Assembly (NCBI RefSeq): GCF_009914755.1
Contig: NC_060940.1
Length of the DNA stretch: 64,000 bases
Reading direction: 5' to 3' (one strand)
Origin: the human T2T-CHM13v2.0 reference genome, Homo sapiens
The notes under the pieces were generated by a model. It saw nothing but the letters and a program-made list of their open reading frames with translations. It searched no databases and had not been told where the DNA came from. Both the position numbers and the translations under genes were made by a program. Each line of letters starts with the position of its first letter. Position 1 is the stretch's first letter. Of the stretch, positions 29,101 through 43,600 are shown piece by piece.

Positions 29101-32100
29101 ATACCATTCAATTCCATTCGTTGATGCTTCCATTCAAGTGCATTCGATGATATCATTCGATTCCATTTGATGATAATTCCATTTGATTCCATGCGATGAT
29201 TCTATTCGATTCCATTCAATGATAATTCCATTCAGTTCAGTGATTCCTCTGGACTCCATTTGATGATGATTCCATTCAATGATTCCATTCGATTCTATTC
29301 GAAAATGATTCCATTTGAATCCATTTGATGATGATTCCATTAGATTCCATTTGATGATTCCATTCGATTCCATGCGACGATGATTCCATTCGATTCCATG
29401 TGATGATTCCATTCTATTCTATTCGATGATGATTCCATTCGATTCCATTCGATGATGATTGGATTCGATTCCATTTGATGATTTCATTTGATTCCATTCG
29501 TTAATGATTTCGATCAATTCCATTCGATGATTCCATTCGATTCCATTCGATAATGATTACATCCGAGTCCATTCAGTGATTCCATTTGAGCCTGTTCGAT
29601 AATTCCATTTGAGTCCAACCAATGATTCCATTCATTTCCATTCAATGATTCCATTCGAGTCCATTTGATCATTCCGGTAGGGTCCATTCGATGTTGATTC
29701 CATTGGAGTGCATTCGATGATTCCATTCGAGTCCATTTTAGGATTTGATTCGAGTCCTTTCGATGATTCCATTCGATTCCACTCGATGATGATTTCATTC
29801 GAGTCCATTCGACACTTCCAATCGATTCCATTTGATGTTTCCATTCGAGTCCAATTGATGATTCCATTCAATTCCATTCGATGATGATTCCGTACGATTC
29901 CATTCTGTGATGATTCCATGTGATTGCATTCAATGATGATTCCTTTAGATTGCATTCGATTGTGATTCACTTCGTCTTCATTCTATGGTTCCACAGGTTT
30001 CCATTCGTGTCCATTCCATTATTCCATTCTATTCCATTTGATGATGATTCCATTCGATTCCATTCATTGGTGATTCCACTCAATTCCATTCAATGATTCC
30101 ATTCCATTTCTTTCAACAATGATTCCATTAGTTTCTAATCGATGATCCACTTGATTCCATTTGACGACGATTCCATTCTTGTCCATTCGATGATTCCATT
30201 TGATTCCATATGATGATGATTCCATTCGATTCCATACCATGATGATTCCATTCGAGTCCATTCAATGGTGATTCCATTCAATTCCATTCGATGATTCCTT
30301 TCGATTCCATTCGATGATGATGGCATTCGATTCCTTTCAATCATTCCCTTTGATTCCATTCAAAGGTGATTTCATTCAAGTCCATTCGATAATTGCATTC
30401 GATTCCATTCTATGATGATTCCATTCGAGTCCATTTGATGATTCCATTCAATTCAAGTCAATGATGATTCCATTCGATTCCATTCGATGATTCCATTGGA
30501 TTCCATTCGATGATGATTCCATTCAAATCCATTCGATAATTCAATTCAAGTCCATTCGATGATGATTAAAATCGAATCCATTCAAAGATTCCATTCAGTT
30601 CCATTCGATGATTCCCTTAGATTCCATTCGATGATTCCACTTGATTTCATTTACGAAGATTCCATTCGATTCCATGTGATGATTCCATTCAATTCTATTC
30701 AATGCTGTTTCCATTTGATTCCATTCGACCATGATTGCCTTTGATTCCATTCAATGACTCCATTCGGTTCCTTTTGATGATGATTCCGTTCGATTCCATT
30801 TCATTATTCCATTTGATTCCATTGGATGAGTCCATTCGATTACATTCGATGATTATTCCATTCGAGTGCATTAGATGATTCCATTCGAGTCCATTCGATG
30901 ATTCCATTCGATTCCATTCGATGTTGATTCTGTTCAAATCCATTCGATGATTCCACTCGATTCCATTCGATGACTCCATTTGATCCCATTCGATGATTTC
31001 CTTTGATTCCCTTTGATGATCATTCCATTTGATTCAATTCGGTGATTTCATTTGATTACATTCAGTGATGTTTCCATTCGACTCCATTCGATGATGATTC
31101 CATTCGACTCCATTCGATTATGATTTCATTCAATTCCATTCGATAATGATTCCCTTCGAGTCCATTCGATGATTCCATTCGATTCCATTCAACGATGATT
31201 TGATTCGTGTCCATTCGATGATTCCATTTGATTCCACTTGATGATGATTCCATTCGAGTCCATTTGATGATTCCATTCAATTCCATTCTCCGATGATTTC
31301 TTTTGAGCCCATTCAATGCTTCCACTCGATTCCATATGATGATGACTCCATTCGATGAAATTCGATGATGATTCCATTCGCTTGCATTCGATGATGATTC
31401 CACTTGAGTCCATTAGAAGATTCTATTCAAATACATTCCATGACGATTCCGTTCGAGTCCATTTGATGATTCCATTAGACTCCATTCGACGATGATTCCA
31501 TTCGATGTTATTCGATGATTCCATTCGATCTCATTCGATGATGATTCCATTCAACTCCATTCGATGTTTCCATTCGAGTTCATTCTATTATTCCATTAGA
31601 TTCCATTCGATGATGATTCCATTCGATTCCATTTGATGATTGCATTCTATTTCATTTGATGATGATTCCATTCGAGTCCACTCGATGATTCCATTCGAGT
31701 CCATTTAATGAATCCATTGGTTTCAATTCTATGATGATTACATTGGATTCCATTCGTTGATGATTTCATTCGGTTCCATTCAATGATGATTCCATTCAAT
31801 TCCTTTCAATGTTTCCATTCAATTCCATACGATGATGATTCCTTTTGATTTGATTCCACAGTGAGCCATTCGATTCAATTCCATGATGATTCTATTTGAT
31901 TCCATTGGTTGACATTTCCATTCGATTCCATTCGATGATGATTCCATTTGATTCCATTCAAAGATGATTCCATTCTAGCCCATTCAATCATTCCATTCGA
32001 TTCTATTCAATGATGATTCCATTCATGTCGATTTGGTGATTCCATTTGACTTCATTTGATGATGATTCCTTTCAAGTTCATTAGATGATTCCATTCGATT

Positions 32101-35100
32101 CCATTTGATGATGATCCCATTCGAGTCCATTCAGTGATTCCACTCGTTTCCATTCCATGATGATTCCATTCCATTCCATTCAATGATTCCATTCGATTCC
32201 GTTTGATGATGATTTCATTCGAGTCCATTTGATGATTCCATTTGATTCCATTCGATGATGATTCCATTCGAGTCCATTCGATGATTCTATTCGAATCCAT
32301 TTGATGATTTCTTTTGATTATAGTTGGTGATGATTCCATTGGAGTCCATTCAATGATTCCATTCGATTCCAATCGATGGTGGTTCCATTAGAGTCCATTT
32401 AATGATTCCATTTGATTCCAGTCTCTGATGATTACATTCGAGTCCATACGATGATTCCACTCAATTCCATATGATGATGATTCCATTCGATTCCATTCGA
32501 TGATTCCATTCTATTCTATTCAATGGTGATTCCATTCGAGTACATTAGATGATTCCATTCGATTCCATTCAATGATGATTCTATTTGTGTCCCTTAGATG
32601 ATTCCACATGATTCCATTAGATGATGATACTATTTGAGCCCATCCAATGATTCCCTTCGATTCCATTCGATGAGGATTCCATTCGATTCAATTCATTGGT
32701 GATTCTATTCAATTCAATTCTTTGATTCCATTCCATTCCATTCGACAATGATTCCATTCGATTTCTTTCGATGATTCCACTCGATTCCACTTGACATTGA
32801 TTCCCTTCGATTCCATTCAATGATTCCATTTGATTCCAGTGGATGATGATTGCCATCGATTCTATTCGATCACTCCATTCTATTCCATTTGATGATGATT
32901 ACATTCGATTCCATTTGACGATTCCATCTGATTCTATTCGAGGATTCCATTTGATTCCATTCGATGATGATTCCATTCGAGTCCATTCGATGATTTCATT
33001 CGAGTACATCCAATGATTCCATTCGAGTACATTTGATGATTCCATTTGATTCCATTTGATAATGATTCTACTAGAGTCCATTCAATGACTCCATTGGAGT
33101 CCATTCAACAATTCCATTCGACTCCATTCGATGATTCCATTCGATTCCATTTGATGATTCCATTCGAGTCCATTTAATCATTACAGTCGAGTCCATTTTG
33201 TGATTCCACTGGATTTCTTTTGATAATGATACGATTCAATTACATTTGATGATGATCCCATTCAATTTCATTTCATGATGATTCCATTAGAGTCCATTCG
33301 ATGATTTCATTCGAGTCCCTTCATTGATTCCATCCGATTTCATTGGATGATGACTCCATTCGAGTCCATTCGATGATTCCACTCGATTCCATTAGATGAT
33401 TCCATTGGAGTCCATTTTATTGTTCCATTCGATTCCATTCGATTCCTTTCCAAGATTATTCCATTTGAGTCCATTCGATGATGATTCCATTCCATTCCAT
33501 TCGATGATTCCGTTTGATTCCATTCGATGATTCCCTTTGATTCCTTTCTTTGATGATTGCATTCCATTCCATTCAATGATTCCATTCGAATCTATTCCAT
33601 GATGATTCCTTTGGATTCCATTCGCTGATGTTTCCGTTCAATTCCATTCGATGATGATTCCATTCGATTCCATTCATTGAGGATTCCATTTGATTCCATT
33701 CAATGATGATTCCATTCTATTCCATTCAATGATTGCATTCAATTCCATTCAATGATTATCCCATTAGAGTAAACTCAACGATTCCATTCAATACCATTCG
33801 ATGATGATTCCTTTTGAGTCCATTCAATGATTTCATTCAAGTCCATTTGATGATTCCTTTCAATTCCATTCTATGATGATTCCATTCGAGTCCATTCGAT
33901 GATTCCATTCGATTGCATTCGACGATTCCATTATATTCCATTCAACGATGATTCCATTCGAGTCCATTCGATGATTCCATTAGAGTACATTTAATGATTG
34001 CTTTGTTTTCAATTCGAAGATGATTACATTGGATTCCATTCTATGATACCATTCGATTCCATTCAATGATGATTCCACTCAAATCCATTGGATGATTCCA
34101 TTCGTGTCCATTCGGTGATTTCATTAGATTCCATTCGAGGATGATTCCATTCGATTCCATTCGATGATTCCATTCAATTCCATTCGATGATGATTCCATT
34201 CCAGTCCATATGATCATTCCATTTGATTTCATTCGATGATGATTCCATTCGATTCCATTCGATGATTCCATTCTATTCCATTCGATGATGATTCCATTCG
34301 AGTCCATTCGATGATTCCATTCGAGTCCATTTAATGATTCCATTGGGTTCAATTCAATGATGATTACATTGGATTCCATTCTATGATTCCATTCAATTCC
34401 GTTCATTGACAATTTGATTCCATTCGATGATGATTCCATTTGAGTTCATTCGATGATTCTATTCGATTCTCTTCGATGGTGATTCAATTCTATTATATTG
34501 GATGATTCCATTCGATTCCATTTGATGTTGATTCAATTCGATTCTATTCGATGATGATTCCATTGGATTTCACTTGATGATTCTATTCGATTCCATTCAA
34601 TGATGATTCACTTCTCGTCCATTGGATGATTCCATTTCATTCCATTCGATGATGATTCCATTCGATTCCATTCGATGATTCCATTTGATTCCATGCGTCG
34701 GTGAGCAATTCGATTCAATTCCATGATGATTCTATTTGATTCAATTAGATGATGTTTCCATTCGAATCCATTCCATGATTATTCCATTGGAATCCATTCG
34801 GCGATGATTCCATATGAGTCAATTCAATGATGATTCCATATGGGTCCGTTCGATGATAATTCCATTTGATTTCATTCGATGCTTCTATTCTATTCCAGTC
34901 GAGGATGATTCCATTGGAGTCCATACGATGATTCCATTTGATTTCATTTGATGATGATTCCATTCGATGATGATTACATTGGATTCCATTCTATGATTCC
35001 ATTCAATTCCATTCGTTGATGATTCGATTCCATTCAATGATGATTCCATTTGAGTTCATTCGATGATTCCATTCAATTCCGTTCGATGGTGATTCAATTC

Positions 35101-36609
35101 TCTTATATTGGATGATTCCACTCGATTCCATTTGATGATTATTCCATTGGAGTCCACTTAGTGAATCCTTTAGATTCTACTCAAAGATGATTCCATTCGA
35201 GTCCATTCGATGATACCGTTCAATTCCATTCGTTGATGCTTCCATTCAAGTGCATTCGATGATATCATTCGATTCCATTTGATGATAATTCCATTTGATT
35301 CCATGCGATGATTCTATTCGATTCCATTCAATGATAATTCCATTCAATTCAGTGATTCTTCTGGACTCCATTTGATGATGATTCCATTCAATGATTCCAT
35401 TCGATTCTATTCGAAAATGATTCCATTTGAATCCATTTGATGATGATTCCATTCGATTCCATTTGATGATTCCATTCGATTCCATTCGACGATGATTCCA
35501 TTCGATTCCATTTGATAATTCCATTCTATTCTATTCGATGATGATTCCATTCGATTCCATTCGATGATGATTGGATTCGATTCCATTTGATGATTTCATT
35601 TGATTCCATTCGATGATGATTTCGATCAATTCCATTCGATGATTCCATTCGATTCCATTCGATAATGATTACATCCGAGTCCATTCGATGATTCCATTTA
35701 AGCCTGTTCGATAATTCCATTTGAGTCCAATCAATGATTCCATTCATTTCCATTCAATGATTCCATTCGAGTCCATTTGATCATTCCGGTAGGGTCCGTT
35801 CGATGTTGATTCCATTGGGGTGCATTCGATGATTCCATTCGAGTCCATTTTAGGATTTGATTCGAGTCCTTTCGATGATTCCATTCGATTCCACTCGATG
35901 CGATGATGATTTCATTCGAGTCCATTCGACACTTCCAATCGATTCCATTTGATGTTTCCATTCGAGTCCAATTGATGATTCCATTCAATTCCATTTGATG
36001 ATGATTCCGTACGATTCCATTCTGTGATGATTCCATGTGATTGCATTCAATGATGATTCCTTTCGATTGCATTCGATTATGATTCATTTCGTGTTCATTC
36101 TATGGTTCCACAGGTTTCCATTCGTGTCCATTCCATTATTCCATTCTATTCCATTTGATGATGATTCCATTCGATTCCATTCATTGGTGATTCCACTCAA
36201 TTCCATTCAATGATTCCATTCCATTTCTTTCAACAATGATTCCATTAGTTTCTAATCGATGATCCACTTGATTCCATTTGACGATGATTCCATTCTTGTC
36301 CATTCGATGATTCCATTTGATTCCATATGATGATGATTCCATTCGATTCCATACGATGATGATTCCATTCGAGTCCATTCAATGGTGATTCCATTCAATT
36401 CCATTCGATGATTCCTTTCGATTCCATTTGATGATGATGGCATTCGATTCCTTTCAATCATTCCCTTTGATTCCACTCAAAGGTGATTTCATTCAAGTCC
36501 ATTCGATAATTGCATTCGATTCCATTCTATGATGATTCCATTCGAGTCCATTTGATGATTCCATTCAATTCAAGTCAATGATGATTCCATTCGATTCCAT
36601 TCGATGATT

Positions 36610-37431
36610 CCATTGGATTCCATTCGATGAGGATTCCATTCAAATCCATTCGATAATTCAATTCACGTCCATTCGATGATGATTCCAATCGAATCCATTC
36701 AAAGATTCCATTCAATTCCATTCGATGATTCCCTTAGATTCCATTCGATGATTCCACTTGATTCCATTTACGATGATTCCATTCGATTCCATGTGATGAT
36801 TCCATTCAATTCTATTCAATGATGTTTCCATTTGATTCCATTCGACCATGATTGCCTTTGATTCCATTCAATGATTCCATTCGGTTCCGTCTGATGATGA
36901 TTCCGTTCGATTCCATTTGATGATTCCATTTGATTCCATTGGATGAGTCCATTCGATTACATTCGATGATTATTCCATTCGAGTGCATTAGATGATTCCA
37001 TTCGAGTCCATTCGATGATTCCATTGGATTCCTTTCGATGAGGATTCCATTCAAATCCATTCGATAATTCAATTCACGTCCTTTCGATGATGATTCCAAT
37101 CGAATCCATTCAAATATTCCATTTAATTCCATTCGATGATTCCCTTAGATTCCATTCGATGATTCCACTTGATTCCATTTATGATGATTCCATTCGATTC
37201 CATGTGATGATTCCATTCAATTCTATTCAATGATGTTTCCATTTGATTCCATTCGACCATGATTGCCTTTGATTCCATTCAATGATTCCATTCGGTTCCG
37301 TTTGATGATGATTCCGTTCGATTCCATTTGATGATTCCATTTGATTCCATTGGATGAGTCCATTCGATTACATTCGATGATTATTCCATTCGAGTGCATT
37401 AGATGATTCCATTCGAGTCCATTCGATGATT
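36610..37431 (+). repeat. 411-bp direct tandem duplication
   Basis: cattggattc..gatgaggattccattcaaatcc at 36611 and 37022, and landmarks 36812/37223. Both copies carry the gaggatt and tcacgtcc variants. Confidence 0.88.
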
Positions 37432-40400
37432 CCATTCGAGTCCATTCGATGATTCCATTCGAGTCCATTCGATGTTGATTCTGTTCAAATCCATTCGATG
37501 ATTCCACTCGATTCCATTCGATGACTCCATTTGATCCCATTAGATGATTTCCTTTGATTCCCTTTGATGATCATTCCATTTGATTCAATTCGGTGATTTC
37601 ATTGGATTCCATTCAGTGATGTTTCCATTCGACTCCATTCGATGATGATTCCATTCGACTACATTCGATTATGATTTCATTCAATTCCATTCGATAAAGA
37701 TTCCCTTCGAATCCAATCGATGATTCCATTTGATTCCATTCAACGATGATTTGATTCGTGTCCATTCGATGATTCCATTTGATTCCACTTGATGAGGATT
37801 CCATTCGAGTCCATTTGATGATTCCATTCAATTCCATTCTCCGATGATTTCTTTTGAGCCCATTCAATGCTTCCACTCGATTACATATGATGATGACTCC
37901 ATTCGATGAAACTCGACGATGATTCCATTCGCTTGCATTCGATGATGATTCCACTTGAGTCCGTTAGAAGATTCTATTCAATTACATTCCATGACGATTC
38001 CGTTCGAGTCCATTTGATGATTCCATTACACTCCATTCGACAATGATTCCATTCAATGTTATTCGATGATTCCATTCGATCTCATTCGATGATGATTCCA
38101 TTCAACTCCATTCGATGTTTCCATTCGAGTTCATTCTATTATTCCATTAGATTCCATTCGATGATGATTCCATTCGATTCCATTTGATGATTGCATTCTA
38201 TTTCATTTGATGATGATTCCATTCGAGTCCATTCGATGATTCCATTCGAGTCCATTTAATGAATCCATTGGTTTCAATTCTATGATGATTACATTGGATT
38301 CCATTCGTTGATGATTTCATTCGATTCCATTCAATGATGATTCCATTCAATTCCATTCAATGATTCCATTCAATTCCATACGATGATGATTCCATTTGAT
38401 TTGATTCGACAGTGAGCCATTCGATTCAATTCCATGATGATTCTATTTGATTCAATTGGTTGACATTTCCATTCGATTCCATTCGATGATGATTCCATTT
38501 GATTCCATTCAAAGATGATTCCATTCTAGCCCATTCAATCATTCCATTCGATTCTATTCAATGATGATTCCATTCATGTCGATTTGGTGATTCCATTTGA
38601 CTTCATTTGATGATGATTCCTTTCAAGTTCATTAGATGATTCCATTCGATTCCATTTGATGATGATCCCATTCGAGTCCATTCAGTGATTCCACTCGTTT
38701 CCATTCCATGATGATTCCATTCCATTCCATTCAATGATTCCATTCGATTCCGTTTGATGATGATTTCATTCGAGTCCATTTGATGATTCCATTTGATTCC
38801 ATTCGATGATGATTCCATTCGAGTCCATTCGATGATTCTATTCGAATCCATTTGATGATTTCTTTTGATTATATTTGGTGATGATTCCATTGGAGTCCAT
38901 TCAATGATTCCATTCGATTCCAATCGATGGTGGTTCCATTAGAGTCCATTTAATGATTCCATTTGATTCCAGTCTCTGATGTTTACATTCGAGTCCATAC
39001 GATGATTCCACTCAATTCCATATCATGATGATTCCATTCGATTCCATTCGATGATTCCATTCTATTCTATTCAATGGTGATTCCATTCGAGTACATTAGA
39101 TGATTCCATTCGATTCCATTCAATGATGATTCTATTTGTGTCCCTTAGATGATTCCACATGATTCCATTAGATGATGATACTACTTGAGCCCATCCAATG
39201 ATTCCCTTCGATTCCATTCGATGAGGATTCCATTCGATTCAATTCATTGGTGATTCTATTCAATTCAATTCTTTGATTCCATTCCATTCTATTCGACAAT
39301 GATTCCATTCGATTTCTTTCGATGATTCCACTCGATTCCACTTGACATTGATTCCATTCGATTCCATTCAATGATTCCATTTGATTCCAGTGGATGATGA
39401 TTGCCATCGATTCCATTTGATCACTCCATTCTATTCCATTTGATGATGATTACATTCGATTCCATTTGATGATTCCATCTGATTCTATTCGAGGATTCCA
39501 TTTGATTCCATTCGATGATGATTCCATTCGAGTCCATTCGATGATTTCATTCGAGTACATCCAATGATTCCATTCGAGTCCATTTGATGATTCCATTTCA
39601 TTCCATTTGATTATGATTCTACTAGAGTCCATTCAATGACTCCATTCGAGTCCATTCAACAATTCCATTCGAGTCCATTCGATGATTCCATTCGATTCCA
39701 TTTGATGATTCCATTCGAGTCCATTTAATCATTACAGTCGAGTCCATTTGGTGATTCCACTGGATTTCTTTTGATAATGATACCATTCAATTACATTTGA
39801 TGATGATCCCATTCAATTTCATTTGATGATGATTCCATTAGAGTCCATTCGATGATTTCATTCGAGTCCCTTCATTGATTCCATCCGATTTCATTTCATG
39901 ATGACTCCATTCGAGTCCATTCGATGATTCCACTCGATTCCATTAGATGATTCCATTGGAGTCCATTTGATTGTTCCATTCGATTCCATTCGATTCCTTT
40001 CGAAGATTATTCCATTTGAGTCCATTCGATGATGATTCCATTCCATTCCATTCGATGATTCCGTTTGATTCCATTCGATGATTTTCTGCGATTCCTTTCT
40101 ATGATGATTCCATTCCATTTCATTCAATGATTCCATTCGAATCTATTCCATGATGATTCCTTTCTATTCCATTCGCTGATGTTTCCGTTCAATTCCATTC
40201 GATGTTGATTCCATTCGATTCCATTCATTGAGGATTCCATTGGATTCCATTCAATGATGATTCCATTCTATTCCATTCAATGATTGCATTCAATTCCATT
40301 CAATGATTATGCCATTAGAGTAAATTCAACGATTCCATTCAATACCATTCGATGATGATTCCTTTTGAGTCCATTCAATGATTTCATTCAAGTCCATTTG

Positions 40401-40619
40401 ATGATTCCTTTCAATTCCATTCCATGATGATTCCATTCGAGTCCATTCGATGATTCCATTCGATTGCATTCGATGATTCCATTATATTCCATTCAACGAT
40501 GATTCCATTCGATTCCATTCGATGATTCCATTCGAGTCCATTCCATGATTCCATTAGAGTACATTTAATGATTGCTTTGTTTTCAATTCGAAGATGATTA
40601 CATTGGATTCCATTCTATG

Positions 40620-43600
40620 ATTCCATTCGATTCCATTCATTGATGATTCCACCCAATTCCATTCGATGATGATTCCATTCGATTTCATTCAATTATTCTA
40701 CTCGATTCCATTCAATGATGATTCAATTCTATTCCGTTTGATGATTCCATTAGATTCCATTCTATGATGATTCCATTCGAGTCCATTCGAAGATTTCATT
40801 CGATTACATTCCATGACGATTCCATTCGAGTCCATTCGATGATTCCATTTGAATCCATTCGACGATGATTCCATTTGATGCTATTCGATGATTCCATTGG
40901 ATTCCATTCGATGATGATTCCATTCGACTTGATTTGATGTTTCTATTTGAGTCCTTTCGGTTATTTTATTAGACTACATTCGATGATGATTCCATTCGAT
41001 GCCATTCAATGATTCCATTTGATTCCACTTAATGATGATTGCATTCGTGTCCATTCGATGATTCCATTTGGTTCCATTTGATGATGATTCCATTCGAGTC
41101 CATTCGATGATACCATTCAATTCCATTCGATGATCATTCCATTCGAATCCATTTGATGATTCCACTCAATTCCATTTGATGACTCCTTTCATTCCCATTC
41201 GATGATTCCCTTCAGTTCCAATTGGATGATCTTTCCATTTGATTCAATATGGTGACTCCATTCTATTATATTCAATGATGATTCCATTCGACTCCATTAG
41301 ATGATGACTCCATTCCATTCCATTCGATTGTGATTTCATTCGATTCCATTCGAAGATGATTCCATTCGAGTCCATTTGATGATTCCATTCGATTCCATTC
41401 AATGATGATTCCACTCAAATCCATTGGATGATTCCATTCGTTTCCAATTGGTGATTTCATTAGATTCCATTCGAGGATGATTCTATTCCAGTCCATTCAA
41501 TGATTCCTTTGGATTCCGTTTGATAATGATTCCATTAGAGTTCATTCGATGATTCCCTTCGAGTCCATTCGATTATTTCTTTTGATTCCATTTGATGATG
41601 ATTCCATTCGATTCCATTCAATGATTCCATTCCATTCCATTCGATGATGATTCCATTCGATAATGATTACATTCGAGCCCATTTGATGATTCCATTAGAT
41701 TCTATTCAATGATGATTCCATTCGACCACATTTGATGATGGCATTCGAGTCCATTCGATGATTTCACTCGATTCCACTTGATGATGATTCCTTTTGAGTC
41801 CATTTGATGATTACATTCGAGTCCATGAGATGACTCCATTCGATTCCATTTCATGATGATGCAATTCGAGGCTATTCGATCATCCCATTTTAGTGCATTC
41901 GGTGATTCTCTTTTATTACATTCGATGAGGGCTCCATTCGAGTCCATTCAATGATTCCATTAGATTCCACTCGATGATGATTCCATTTGAGTCCATTCAA
42001 AGATTCCTTTCGAGTCCATTCGATAATTCTATTGGATTCCACTAGGTGATGATTCCTTTCGAGTCAATTCGATGATTCCTTTCAAGTGCCTTCAATGATT
42101 CCATTCGATTCCATTCGATGACGATTCATTTCAAGTCCATTCAATGGTTCCATTCTGTTGAATTTGATGGTTCCATTTGATTCCATTCGATGATGATTCC
42201 ATTCGTGTCCATTGGATGATTCCATTCGATTCCTTTCGAGGAAGATTCCATTCGACTCCATTCGATGATTCCGTTCGATTCCATTCCATGATGATTCCAT
42301 TTGATTCCATTCCATGATTCCATTCGATACCATTCGATGATGATTCCATTCGACTCCATTTGATGAATCCATTCAATGCTTCCATTCGAGTCCATTCGAT
42401 GATTCCATTCGATTCCATTCCATGAAGATTCCATTCGAGTACATTTGATGATTCCATTTAATTCCATAGGATGATGATTCTATTAGGGTCCGTTGACTAT
42501 TCCATTCAATTCCATTCGAAGATTCCATTCGAGTCCACTCGATGATTCTATTTGATTCCATTTGATAATTCCATTCGATTCCATTTGATGTTGATTCCAT
42601 TCGAGTCCATTCGATCATTATTACATTTGATTCTATTCGATGATTCCATTCGATTCCATTTGATGAGGATTCCATTCGAGACCATTTGATGATTCCATTC
42701 AATTCCATTGGATGATTCCAATATTTTCCATTAGATGATGATTCCATTCGATTCCATTCAATGATGATTCCATCAGAATCCATTCGATGATGACTCCTTT
42801 TGCTTCCATTCAATGATCATTACATTCGGTTCCATTCGATGATGATTCCTTTGGATTCCATTCGATGATGCTTCCATTCGATTCCATTTGATGATGATTC
42901 TTTTCGATTCCATTTGATGATGATTCCATTTGATTCCATTCGATGGTGATTCCATTTGATGATTCCATTCGATTGTATTCGATGATGATTCCACTCGATT
43001 CTATTTGATGATGACTGCATTCGATTCCATTTGATGATTCCATTTGATTCCATTTGGTGATGATTCTGATCAATTGCATTCGATGATCCATTCGATTCCA
43101 TTTGATGGTTCCATTTGATTCCATTTGATAATGATTCTTTTCGAGTCCATTCGATGATTCCATTTGCGGATATTCGATAATTCCATTTGAGTCCAACCGA
43201 TGATTCCATTCGAGGCCATTGAATCATTCTTTTTGAGTCCTTTCAATAAAGATTCCATTTTAGTCCATTCAATAATTCCACTGGAGTCCATTCGATGATT
43301 GCTTTTAATTCCATTCGATGATATTCCATTCGAGTCCATTCGATGATTCCATTCGTGGCTATTAGATGATGATTCCATTCATGACCATTTGGTGATTCCA
43401 TTCGATTTCATTCGTTGATGATTCCATTCGAGTCCATTCCATGATTCCATTCAAGTCCATTTGATGATTTCTTTGAATTCAATTCGATGATGATTCCATT
43501 CGAGTCCATTCGATGATTCCATTCAGTTCCATTCGATGATGATTCCTTTCGAGACCATATGATGATTCCATTTGATTTCATTCGATGATGATTCCATTCG

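Larger units (their letters stand above)
6350..29950 (+). repeat. ~9.98-kb higher-order tandem repeat, ~2.4 copies
   Basis: Landmarks recur at 6511/16493/26479, 7260/17242/27228, 9166/19148/29134, 11456/21439, 12764/22747 and 15167/25153 (offsets 9982-9986), with shared private indels. Confidence 0.92.

Noticed and set aside
30559-30744. The only plus-strand ORF (61 aa)
   Set aside because: A chance loss of stop codons in one satellite copy. It is not conserved in homologous units.
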